26,591 nucleotides of DNA from a virus (taxonomy: Duplodnaviria > Caudoviricetes): positions 1 through 26,591 of IMG/VR virus record IMGVR_UViG_3300016471_001062, one strand, 5' to 3'. How positions within the stretch are numbered: the first letter of the stretch is position 1; the number at the start of each line of letters is the position of its first letter. Positions 1-7,941 of this stretch are shown here, one piece after another. The notes beneath the pieces are model-generated. The model was not told the DNA's origin. It saw only the letters and a list, made by a program, of their open reading frames with translations, and ran no database searches. The translations under genes were made by a program, and so were the position numbers.

Positions 1-306
1 TCATTCAAAGATGCACCTGTAAAAGTTGAACTTGAAAAATACTTAAATGATCTTGATGATAAAGAAAAAGGTATTTTAATTACATTCCTAAAAGGATTAT
101 CACAAATTTCATCTGGACAGGTTCCAGGTGAACAGGCAGTTGAACCAGGAGATACCGGTAAATATAGGGTTGTTTCATCTGGTGGTACAAAGATTCAAGT
201 TAAACCAGCGGGTGGTGGATCTACACCACAACCACCAACACAAGAAGATACTACAGCACCTGAACAAACAGGAGCAGCACCACCTATTTCACCAAAACAA
301 AGATGA
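1..306 (+). CDS. 5'-truncated hypothetical protein with Pro/Gly/Thr-rich C-terminus
   Basis: Frame 1 is open from base 1 (SFKDAPVKVELEKYLNDLDD...GAAPPISPKQR) to TGA 304-306, which overlaps the next ATG (ATGA). Not in the ORF track because its start lies outside the window. Confidence 0.8.
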   Translation, partial: SFKDAPVKVELEKYLNDLDDKEKGILITFLKGLSQISSGQVPGEQAVEPGDTGKYRVVSSGGTKIQVKPAGGGSTPQPPTQEDTTAPEQTGAAPPISPKQR

Positions 307-719
307 TTGAATTAAGAAAAGAAATTTCTTCAGGCTGTTGCGTTTTCAGAAAATCTGAAAATGATATAGAAATTTTATTAATTCAACCAAGAAAAAATGA
401 TAGATGGGGATTTCCAAAAGGAAGGTTTAATGGCGAAGAATCACCCGAATTTTGTGCTATTAGAGAAACAATAGAAGAAACTGGTGTTGTTCCAACTATT
501 GTTGATTATGTTGGATGTGTTGATATACAAAATAAAACACGAATAAAACGAGTTTTTTGCTACAATGCAGTTTTAAATGAAAAATTTACTTTCGATAGAG
601 ATGGTGAAAATCATGACGTCAAATGGTTCTCAATTAGAAGATTACCATTTATAGTTCCATATCAATATCAACTCATTAAAAAATCTGTTAAGAAATTTTT
701 AAGACTCCATGCAAAATGA
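303..719 (+). CDS. Nudix hydrolase
   Basis: Nudix box GRFNGEESPEFCAIRETIEETGV (Gx5Ex7REUxEExGU) preceded by WGFPKG. Confidence 0.92.
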   Translation: MIELRKEISSGCCVFRKSENDIEILLIQPRKNDRWGFPKGRFNGEESPEFCAIRETIEETGVVPTIVDYVGCVDIQNKTRIKRVFCYNAVLNEKFTFDRDGENHDVKWFSIRRLPFIVPYQYQLIKKSVKKFLRLHAK

Positions 720-1608
720 AATTTTATTAAGAAAATTAATAAGAGAAATTCTTCTAAATGAAGATGATGGTGGTGTTGATGTTCCATCTGACACTAATCA
801 GGATGTTGCTCCTGCAAGAGTTGGTGCTGATGGTCGCGCAGCTTTTAGTTCATCAACATCATTTAGTAGTGGACATGGTCCTGCAGTTGGTCCTTTTGGA
901 ACGAGTGGAACACTTTTTGGACCTATAGGTCAAGCATTTAACACAGCTTGGGAACAAGGAGCAAATGTTGCAGGCGCATTAACAAACGCAGCAGCAAAAG
1001 CTGGTGGAATAAGCCTTGCATTTAAAAGTCCCTGGACAATGGCACTATTAGGTGATCCTTATATTAAAAGTTATATGGAAACTATTTCAGATGGATCAAC
1101 ACCCGAAATAATAGGTAAAATGTTACAAACTAAAATTTATCAAAAATTTGACATACCAAAAATATCTGCTGCAGTTAAATTATCAGGTATTCCCGTATTA
1201 CTTTCTGGAATAACTATTGCCGGTAAAAGATTAAGCATGGATCCTGCACTAGGACCAGCAATAAATGAAATAGGGCATACAATTAATAGTGTTTCATCCC
1301 AGATAAAAGATATTAACCCCAAGCTTAAAAAAGAGTTAAATTCTTTATTTTCATATAATAGTGAATATAAAGATCAAGGAATAGAAAATTTTATTTATAC
1401 ACAAATTGAAAAAATAAAAAAAGATAAGAATTATAATTCTCCACTTACCCCAAATATAAATCATGCTATAAATTCAGTGAATAATTTTCTTTATGAAAAT
1501 CCAGAATTTAAAGATAAAAATAAATTGATTCAAACGTTATCAAAATCAATGGATCAAAGAGATGCACAAAACCTTGCAAATATGATTATGCATTTAAAAA
1601 GTAAATGA
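709..1608 (+). CDS. hypothetical protein with N-terminal LRKLIREILLNE motif and Gly/Ala/Ser-rich segment (possible virion protein)
   Basis: 299-aa ORF overlapping the upstream gene; shares the N-terminal motif with other ORFs in the window. Confidence 0.75.
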   Translation: MQNEILLRKLIREILLNEDDGGVDVPSDTNQDVAPARVGADGRAAFSSSTSFSSGHGPAVGPFGTSGTLFGPIGQAFNTAWEQGANVAGALTNAAAKAGGISLAFKSPWTMALLGDPYIKSYMETISDGSTPEIIGKMLQTKIYQKFDIPKISAAVKLSGIPVLLSGITIAGKRLSMDPALGPAINEIGHTINSVSSQIKDINPKLKKELNSLFSYNSEYKDQGIENFIYTQIEKIKKDKNYNSPLTPNINHAINSVNNFLYENPEFKDKNKLIQTLSKSMDQRDAQNLANMIMHLKSK

Positions 1609-1645
1609 TTTTAAACAAATTATACGTTTTTTGTACTTTACAAGT

Positions 1646-1897
1646 ATGAAAAAGAATGTTGAAGAATCAATAAATTTATCGGAATTAAAAGAAGTTGCTC
1701 AGGAATTTTTGAGTAGATTAAATACAATTGATAACGAACTTTCCCTTTTGAAAGATGATAGGAAAGAGCTTATTGATGAATATTCAAAAAAGCTTGATAT
1801 GAAAACATTTAAAGCAGCTATGCAAGTCAACAAAATTAAAAAGCAAGTTGAGCATGAGGATACGTTCGATGTATTCCTTGAAATACTTGATAATTAA
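1646..1897 (+). CDS. GapR/DUF2312-like (T4 DsbA-like) dsDNA-binding protein
   Basis: ELKEVAQEFLSRLNTIDNELSLLKDDRKELIDEY..LDMKTFKAAMQVNK follows the recalled DUF2312 pattern (L..FIERIERLEEEK..I..D.K...E.K..G.D.K.....). ATG 1646 preferred to TTG 1631. Confidence 0.6.
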   Translation: MKKNVEESINLSELKEVAQEFLSRLNTIDNELSLLKDDRKELIDEYSKKLDMKTFKAAMQVNKIKKQVEHEDTFDVFLEILDN

Positions 1898-1928
1898 CAA
1901 ATTGATTTATTTGTGATATTAATTTTAA

Positions 1929-2327
1929 ATGAATAAAAAACTTGTTAAGATTTCATTTAGTGTTCAAGAACTTGAGCATATAAGAGACTTATTTAGTGTT
2001 ATGTTTGATGATGGTTCAACACTTTCAGAGAGACTAGCTGGTCTTTTAGAGAAAAGTGAATTAGAAAATACATTGTGGCAAAAGATTTATAAGGAATGCG
2101 AAAACAATAATCTTTTAGTTGATAAAGAAGCTCCTAATTTTTTAATTTCTCCTTCTGATATAACATTAGGCGTTTTTAAAGCAAAATTTTTAAGTGAACC
2201 TGAAGAGGAAAAGAATGATGAAAAATCTAAAAGTAGGTCAAACAATATATCTTCTACACAGAACAAAGACAAGAATAACGCCTTGCCAAATCGTAGAAGA
2301 AGTGATAAAAAGAAGTTTAAAGGGTGA
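1929..2327 (+). CDS. hypothetical protein
   Basis: 132-aa ORF; low-complexity basic tail overlaps the next gene. Confidence 0.7.
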   Translation: MNKKLVKISFSVQELEHIRDLFSVMFDDGSTLSERLAGLLEKSELENTLWQKIYKECENNNLLVDKEAPNFLISPSDITLGVFKAKFLSEPEEEKNDEKSKSRSNNISSTQNKDKNNALPNRRRSDKKKFKG

Positions 2328-2547
2328 AATAACTTCATACAAAATTAATACAGGTGATCAAGAATTATTTTTAGAAAATATTCCTGATGTTATTGTATTT
2401 GAAAATTTGAGTGAAGCGAAAGATTTCTTAATAAAAAGAGTGATAGACGTAATAAATGAATTAATCGTTGAAACAGAAAAAACGTCAATTGAATTGTTTG
2501 GTCAAAACGATATGCCATTCTCTGAAGCACATGTTCAAGCGGAGTAA
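2215..2547 (+). CDS. hypothetical protein (LKVGQTIY start, possibly SH3/KOW-like)
   Basis: ATG 2215 has GAGGA a few bases upstream, so it is preferred to GTG 2194. Confidence 0.7.
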   Translation: MMKNLKVGQTIYLLHRTKTRITPCQIVEEVIKRSLKGEITSYKINTGDQELFLENIPDVIVFENLSEAKDFLIKRVIDVINELIVETEKTSIELFGQNDMPFSEAHVQAE

Positions 2548-2551
2548 ATAA

Positions 2552-2872
2552 ATGAAAATTACGCAGCAAGATTTAGAACAAATTATAAAAGAAAATGTTG
2601 AAAATTATCTGGCTGCTGATAATTTGAAATTAATTGATCGTTTACCACAATTTGATTATAAAGCTGCAGTAAATGTTATTTTTGAAAAATCAAAAGATTT
2701 AAAAGATTTATTAGAAAATAATGAGCAGATTCCACAATGGCTTTTAGAAACTGTTAAACATCTTGAAGATAGAATAAAAGTGGTTCATGATTATGTGAAC
2801 TATATATATACTAGTAAAGATTTAACAGGCAATCAAAATGAAAATAACGAAGACCGGTCAAAAGGGACTTAA
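2552..2872 (+). CDS. hypothetical protein with MKITQQDLEQIIKENV leader
   Basis: 106-aa ORF; leader resembles the shared amphipathic tag. Confidence 0.7.
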   Translation: MKITQQDLEQIIKENVENYLAADNLKLIDRLPQFDYKAAVNVIFEKSKDLKDLLENNEQIPQWLLETVKHLEDRIKVVHDYVNYIYTSKDLTGNQNENNEDRSKGT

Positions 2873-3302
2873 ACTAATAAAAGAGTTTGAAGGCTTTAGA
2901 TCAAAGCCATATCTTTGTAGTGCGAATGTCCCTACAATAGGATATGGTGCAACATATTATCCAAGTGGTAAAAAAGTAACATTAAATGATCAGCCTATAA
3001 CTGAAGAATATGCAGTTCAATTATTATCAACAATGTTAGATACATTTGAAAAAGCTGTAGATTCTTTTTGTAGAGACGATATAAATCAGGATCAATTTGA
3101 TGCACTAGTTTCATTTGCATATAATCTTGGAAATGGAAGTTTAAAATCCAGTACATTACTTAAAAAAGTAAATGCTAACCCAAATGATCCAACGATTAGA
3201 GATGAGTTTATGAAGTGGGTTAACGCTGGAGGTAAAAAATTACCAGGTCTTGTTAGAAGACGTCAAGCAGAGGCTGACCTTTATTTTGGAGTTTCAAAAT
3301 GA
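2838..3302 (+). CDS. phage lysozyme/endolysin, glycoside hydrolase family 24
   Basis: EFEGFRSKPYLCSANVPTIGYG (E-x8-C-x5-T catalytic pattern), QFDALVSFAYNLG, GLVRRRQAEADL. Confidence 0.95.
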   Translation: MKITKTGQKGLKLIKEFEGFRSKPYLCSANVPTIGYGATYYPSGKKVTLNDQPITEEYAVQLLSTMLDTFEKAVDSFCRDDINQDQFDALVSFAYNLGNGSLKSSTLLKKVNANPNDPTIRDEFMKWVNAGGKKLPGLVRRRQAEADLYFGVSK

Positions 3303-4534
3303 GTGAATTGTTAGATTATGTTTCTTTTCAGAGAAGAGTTTGTGAGAATCAATTAAAATCATATAACAAAATTTTAAATGAATCTCATCCAAAATATAAA
3401 CTTTTAAAAGAAGAATATGAATTCTATCTTTTAATGGAAAATATTGTAAAGTCTTTAGAAAATCAAAATGTTACATCAGATCAAATAGACGATGCAACAA
3501 AAATATTACAAGATATATTAAATCAATTTAAATCATCTTTATCTAGTCTTAACGAAGTAGATATGTCAAGTATGTGGAATGCTGCTAAAGGTGCAGTGGG
3601 TAAAGCTGCTAAAGGTGTAAAAAGTTTTGTACAAGGAACAGTGGGTGGTGGACATAATATTGATGATCTCGCTAAAGAAAAAAGTGTTCAAAATTTTACG
3701 CAAGTATATCAATCATTTAAGCCTCTATTACAGGCTGCAAACATTATTGATGGAATGATTGATAAATCGCAGCAGCAAGGTGGAACTTTTAATTCTGAAA
3801 TATTAAAACCATTAAAATTAAGTGGATCAATGGGTGCAGAATTAAAAAATTTAATTTTAAAAGCTGCATCTAATGATCAAGGGATTCAAAAATTAAAATC
3901 ATCATTAGAAATTGTTCAAAACTATGGTCAAAGCAGCACCAATCCCATATTAAGTAATTTTATACCTAATGATTTAGTTAATAATTCTATTGATGTTGGT
4001 ATTAAATCATCATTTGGTTCTGCTCCGTTAAGAGGACATGCTTCAAATAAACCAACTGGTTGGATGAAAGATGTTGAAGGTGAGCTTGGTGGTGAATCGC
4101 CCGTTGTTAATACAGAACCAAGTACACAATTACAACAAGATAAAGCAACTTTCGGTGGTAGTAGTATGTTTAGTGGAATGCAACATGAACCCGAACATGA
4201 TGTTGATTTATCAGATCTCGATAATTCACCCAAATTAAATAAAAAAGCGAATGTTCGAGGCGGAACTTTTAGAAACGTAGCAACAACTTTAGAAATACCT
4301 GGTCCTGTAATTACTTCAATGGTTAAATCAGGTGCAGCAGGCTGGGCAGCAAAAAACCCTGAAAAATTCAAACAATTAGCTGATCAATTTTTACAAGCAG
4401 TAAAAAATGGTACAGTTACTTCTTTAAAAGAATCAAATGAATTTATTGCTAAGTTTATTGAAAATTGTGAAAATGAAAAGAAATTGGTGACTGAAGTTGT
4501 CAATAAATGGAATAAGCTTGCAGGAATCAAATGA
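3299..4534 (+). CDS. hypothetical protein, possible virion internal protein
   Basis: 411-aa ORF with several LxE sites (ILNE, LKEE, LNEV, LKES), Gly/Ala-rich segments and C-terminal KWNKLAGIK. Confidence 0.75.
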   Translation: MSELLDYVSFQRRVCENQLKSYNKILNESHPKYKLLKEEYEFYLLMENIVKSLENQNVTSDQIDDATKILQDILNQFKSSLSSLNEVDMSSMWNAAKGAVGKAAKGVKSFVQGTVGGGHNIDDLAKEKSVQNFTQVYQSFKPLLQAANIIDGMIDKSQQQGGTFNSEILKPLKLSGSMGAELKNLILKAASNDQGIQKLKSSLEIVQNYGQSSTNPILSNFIPNDLVNNSIDVGIKSSFGSAPLRGHASNKPTGWMKDVEGELGGESPVVNTEPSTQLQQDKATFGGSSMFSGMQHEPEHDVDLSDLDNSPKLNKKANVRGGTFRNVATTLEIPGPVITSMVKSGAAGWAAKNPEKFKQLADQFLQAVKNGTVTSLKESNEFIAKFIENCENEKKLVTEVVNKWNKLAGIK

Positions 4535-4746
4535 AGCTTGATCAGCTTAGAAATCTTCTCAGGGAGTTTATAGAAGAAGAACTCTTCGAAAGAAGAAAGA
4601 AAAAGAAAAAAAGAAAGAAGAAGCGTGGTCTTTGGGCAAATATTCATGCTAGAAGAAAAGCAGGAAAACGTCCCAAGAGACCAGGTGAAGAAGGTTATCC
4701 TGAAACATTGGATATAGATGAAAATTTAGAAGGCGAAGGCAAATGA
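4531..4746 (+). CDS. small, highly basic phage protein with GLWANIHA motif
   Basis: Acidic leader LRNLLREFIEEELFE, then RRKKKKKRKKKR and GLWANIHARRKAGKRPKRPGEEGYP. Confidence 0.75.
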   Translation: MKLDQLRNLLREFIEEELFERRKKKKKRKKKRGLWANIHARRKAGKRPKRPGEEGYPETLDIDENLEGEGK

Positions 4747-4913
4747 ATTTATCAAAAGAATCTTTAAAACAATTACATTCAAAACTAGTCCAGATGCTTG
4801 CTGATGCGATGTTATCAGGTTCAGATACATCTTTAATTCAAGAAAAATTAAAGTCTGTTGAAACAGAGCTTGGATTAAATGAATCTTTAAATAGAAGAAT
4901 TTTAGGCGATTAA
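4743..4913 (+). CDS. small hypothetical protein, 56 aa (below ORF-track cutoff)
   Basis: ATGA overlap with upstream stop; MNLSKESLKQLHSKLVQMLADAMLSGSDTSLIQEKLKSVETELGLNESLNRRILGD, TAA 4911-4913; fills the gap exactly. Confidence 0.7.
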   Translation: MNLSKESLKQLHSKLVQMLADAMLSGSDTSLIQEKLKSVETELGLNESLNRRILGD

Positions 4914-4915
4914 TT

Positions 4916-4944
4916 TTGCAAACTCAAGAATAATATGATATATT
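4916..4944 (+). promoter_or_regulatory. sigma70-type promoter, probably giving a leaderless ligase mRNA
   Basis: TTGCAA (4916-4921), 17-nt spacer ending in TGa, TATATT (4939-4944), then 6 nt to ATG 4951; no Shine-Dalgarno. Confidence 0.6.
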
Positions 4945-4950
4945 CATTTT

Positions 4951-6255
4951 ATGATTGAAGTTTATCAAATTCTTGAGGCATTAGAATCAGATAATTCACG
5001 ACTTGAAAAAGAGTCAATTTTACGTAAGAATTCAGATAACAAAATTCTAAAAAAGATTTTTGAGTTATCTTGTGATCCTTATGTAAATTATTATGTTTCT
5101 AAGTTTAAAAAGCCGCAAGCTCAAGAAACATCTGAAAGTTATTTAGATTCATTTATTTCACTTCTTGATAAACTCTCAAAGAGAGAAATTACTGGAAATG
5201 CTGCAAAAGATGCGGTTATTTCAGAATTTTCTAAAATGTCAAAGATTGAACAAAAATGGTGTGAAAGAATCATTTTAAAGAATCTTCGTTGTGGTGTGAG
5301 TGATACGACTGTAAATAAGATTTGGCCTGGTACGATTAAACCATTTGCAGTTGCTCTCGCTGAAACTTTAGATGCAAAAATAACTGATGGTGAATTTGAA
5401 ATTCCTGAAGGTGAAGTAAAATATCCTGTATACATTGAACCCAAACTTGATGGTCTTAGGTTAATTGCGATTAAAGAAGCCCGGAAAGTTACACTTTATA
5501 CGCGAAATGGTTCTGTTATTGAAACATTACCAACAATCACTAAAATACTGGAAAATTCAAATTTTACTGGTGTTCTTGATGGTGAAATCATGGGAGCAGA
5601 CTGGTCAGAAAGTGCATCTGTTGTTATGTCTCACAAGCATAATAAAGATGATTCAGGTATGATTTATCATGTTTTTGATTGTGTTTCCCTTGATAATTGG
5701 CAAGCGCAAGAAAATAAAAGCGAATTTCGATTTAGAAATGAAGCAGTAAATGATCTCGTTAAAGTAATTGCTTCTGATAAAATAAAGGCTGTTCCATCAA
5801 CACTTATTAATAATGAGTCTGAACTTAGAAACTTTTATTTAAAGTATCTTGATGAAGGCTATGAAGGTGTAATGCTTAAAGATCCAAATGCCAAGTACGT
5901 TTGGAAGCGTTCAAAAGCTATCCTTAAACTAAAGCCTGTTTCAACACACGAAGGTGTTGTTGTTTCTTGGGTAGAAGGTAAGCGAGGAACAAAACGCGAA
6001 GGAATGTTTGGTGGGTTCACAGTACTTTTCCCAAATGGCGTAACAACAAATGTTGCTTCTGGATTTAATGATAAGTTAAAGGCCGAAGTTCAATTAAATG
6101 GTGCTGATTCATATATTGGTAAGATTGTTGAATGTGAAGCACAACCACCATTTACAGAAGATGGACGTCTTAGATTTCCCGTATTTGTTAGATTTAGGGA
6201 TAAATCAGATGTTGCACCTGAAGTTTTAGAAGCATACGAAAAATATCAAAAATAA
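4951..6255 (+). CDS. lig: ATP-dependent DNA ligase, phage type
   Basis: Motif I EPKLDGLR, III LDGEI, IIIa YHVFD, IV EGVMLK, V LKLKP, VI LRFPVFVRFR. Confidence 0.95.
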   Translation: MIEVYQILEALESDNSRLEKESILRKNSDNKILKKIFELSCDPYVNYYVSKFKKPQAQETSESYLDSFISLLDKLSKREITGNAAKDAVISEFSKMSKIEQKWCERIILKNLRCGVSDTTVNKIWPGTIKPFAVALAETLDAKITDGEFEIPEGEVKYPVYIEPKLDGLRLIAIKEARKVTLYTRNGSVIETLPTITKILENSNFTGVLDGEIMGADWSESASVVMSHKHNKDDSGMIYHVFDCVSLDNWQAQENKSEFRFRNEAVNDLVKVIASDKIKAVPSTLINNESELRNFYLKYLDEGYEGVMLKDPNAKYVWKRSKAILKLKPVSTHEGVVVSWVEGKRGTKREGMFGGFTVLFPNGVTTNVASGFNDKLKAEVQLNGADSYIGKIVECEAQPPFTEDGRLRFPVFVRFRDKSDVAPEVLEAYEKYQK

Positions 6256-6298
6256 ATTAAAATAATTTAAATACTTAGGAATATAGTGCGAGGTTACT

Positions 6299-6742
6299 AT
6301 GTTCCTTGAGTTTTTATTTGGGATAACTTTATCAGTTATTGGCGATTCACAGGGTGGGATCGCTGTTCCTTATCTTAGGAAAGATAATATCATTATAGAT
6401 TATCATCAGGATGGTGCAAGGGTGTCTGGTACCTGCTCTAAAAATTTAGATTTAACACATGATATAGTTATTGTTTTTTTAGGATCAAATCATTATGATG
6501 ACATTGTGAGCCCTAATGTTGATTGTGTTTTGAAAATGGTGGAAACTTCAAGAAAGTGTATATGGGTTGGCCCACCACTCATAAGAGGAAAGAAATGGAA
6601 ACATGATAATGCTTTAAAATTAAAGGTTAAAGACTATTGCGATTATATTTCAACGCAAGATATAACTGATCTTCCGGATGGTATACACTTTGGTAAAAAT
6701 GGTATTAATATAGTAATAGGAAGAATTAAGGGATTATTATGA
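6299..6742 (+). CDS. SGNH/GDSL-like hydrolase, minimal
   Basis: Block I VIGDSQG, block III FLGSNH, block V DGIH; short hydrophobic N-terminus; GAGGT RBS. Confidence 0.7.
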   Translation: MFLEFLFGITLSVIGDSQGGIAVPYLRKDNIIIDYHQDGARVSGTCSKNLDLTHDIVIVFLGSNHYDDIVSPNVDCVLKMVETSRKCIWVGPPLIRGKKWKHDNALKLKVKDYCDYISTQDITDLPDGIHFGKNGINIVIGRIKGLL

Positions 6743-6957
6743 GTAATAAAGTATCAAATCTTATGCAGCCAATTTATTCTGATCAGCCAATGCACCCGCT
6801 TGTTTTAACTGTTGTTGCGAAGCAAGAAATTCCACTTATGGAAGGTGCAGTTTCTAGTTCAGTTCAAAAATCAGAATATTATATTTGTCTTTCAAAATTA
6901 CCACCTGAATTGAGAGAAAGAGTTGCAACTGCAGTTAATATGATGTTGAGGGTATAA
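6739..6957 (+). CDS. hypothetical protein
   Basis: 72-aa ORF with overlapping start and stop at both ends. Confidence 0.65.
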   Translation: MSNKVSNLMQPIYSDQPMHPLVLTVVAKQEIPLMEGAVSSSVQKSEYYICLSKLPPELRERVATAVNMMLRV

Positions 6958-7172
6958 TGTCAGAAGAAATTCCTTTTATAACTCGAGCTAAATGCGATTC
7001 TGTAACTGTGACTGTCTATCCAACTGGACATGTTCACATTGAAATAATTCCAGATCCAAGTGAAGAAGTAAAAGAGAGAATTAATAAAAAATTACAATCG
7101 TATAAAGGTAAAGTTATTAATTCAAAAGAAGCAAATGAAATTGCAGAATTAGTTAATTCTTCGTTAAGGTAA
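6957..7172 (+). CDS. hypothetical protein
   Basis: 71-aa ORF, TAATG overlap, GAGGG RBS. Confidence 0.65.
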   Translation: MSEEIPFITRAKCDSVTVTVYPTGHVHIEIIPDPSEEVKERINKKLQSYKGKVINSKEANEIAELVNSSLR

Positions 7173-7174
7173 TT

Positions 7175-7927
7175 ATGATTAAAAAAATTATATCAGGTGC
7201 ATTTTTAACTGCATTTACATTATCTTTTGCAACTTTGCATGCTGCAGAAAATAAATGTCCTTCTGATATGGTAAGTGTCTCAGGAGATTATTGTCCAGAC
7301 GTTGAACAAGTGTGTTTAAGATGGCTAGACGAAAATTTATCATCTGAAGCAAATAGTGGTATAGGACCATTGAGGTGTGCAGAATTTAAATTTCCAACTG
7401 TTTGTAAAAGCAAAAAATTAATTCATAAAGATTTTTGCATTGATAAATACGAATGGCCAAATAAAAAGGGAGAATTGCCTCAAGTGTTAATGACCTGGTG
7501 GCTGGCTAAAAAATCATGTGAGTCTGTAGGAAAAAGACTATGCACTGGATCTGAACATACATTTGCTTGTGAAGGTAATTCAATTAAACCTTATCCTTAC
7601 GGTGACGGATATCACAGGGGCGTAAATGTTTGCAATCAAGATAGACAACCTTGGTTAGATCCTGCAACACATACATTTGAAGAACTTGATAAAAGAGTTC
7701 CAAGTGGTCAATATGAAACTTGCATTTCAGATTTTGGTGTTTATGATATAGTTGGCAATGCTGATGAATGGGTTATTAATGAATCAGGTAAACCATATAT
7801 AAGCGCATTATCAGGTGGTCATTCAGTTGCTGGGGTTAGAAATCGTTGTAGGCCAAAAACTATTGTGCACGGTCCAGAATTTGCATATTATGTCACCGGG
7901 ACAAGATGTTGTTCGGACATTAAATAA
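7175..7927 (+). CDS. secreted Cys-rich FGE-sulfatase (SUMF1/EgtB/PvdO-like) domain protein
   Basis: Signal peptide MIKKIISGAFLTAFTLSFATLHAA; CPSDMV, FCIDKYEWPN, GKRLCT..E..FAC, YPYG, FGVYDIVGNADEWV, GTRCC. Confidence 0.85.
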   Translation: MIKKIISGAFLTAFTLSFATLHAAENKCPSDMVSVSGDYCPDVEQVCLRWLDENLSSEANSGIGPLRCAEFKFPTVCKSKKLIHKDFCIDKYEWPNKKGELPQVLMTWWLAKKSCESVGKRLCTGSEHTFACEGNSIKPYPYGDGYHRGVNVCNQDRQPWLDPATHTFEELDKRVPSGQYETCISDFGVYDIVGNADEWVINESGKPYISALSGGHSVAGVRNRCRPKTIVHGPEFAYYVTGTRCCSDIK

Positions 7928-7941
7928 TTAATAAAAGTATT

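Noticed and set aside
128-310. ORF-track 60-aa ORF
   Set aside because: Alternative frame of the 5'-truncated gene 1..306, which is open throughout and couples to the Nudix start.
1140-5662. Shadow ORFs 1140-, 2087-, 3928-, 4384-, 5139-, 5465+
   Set aside because: Lie within or antisense to longer, better-supported genes and show no motifs.
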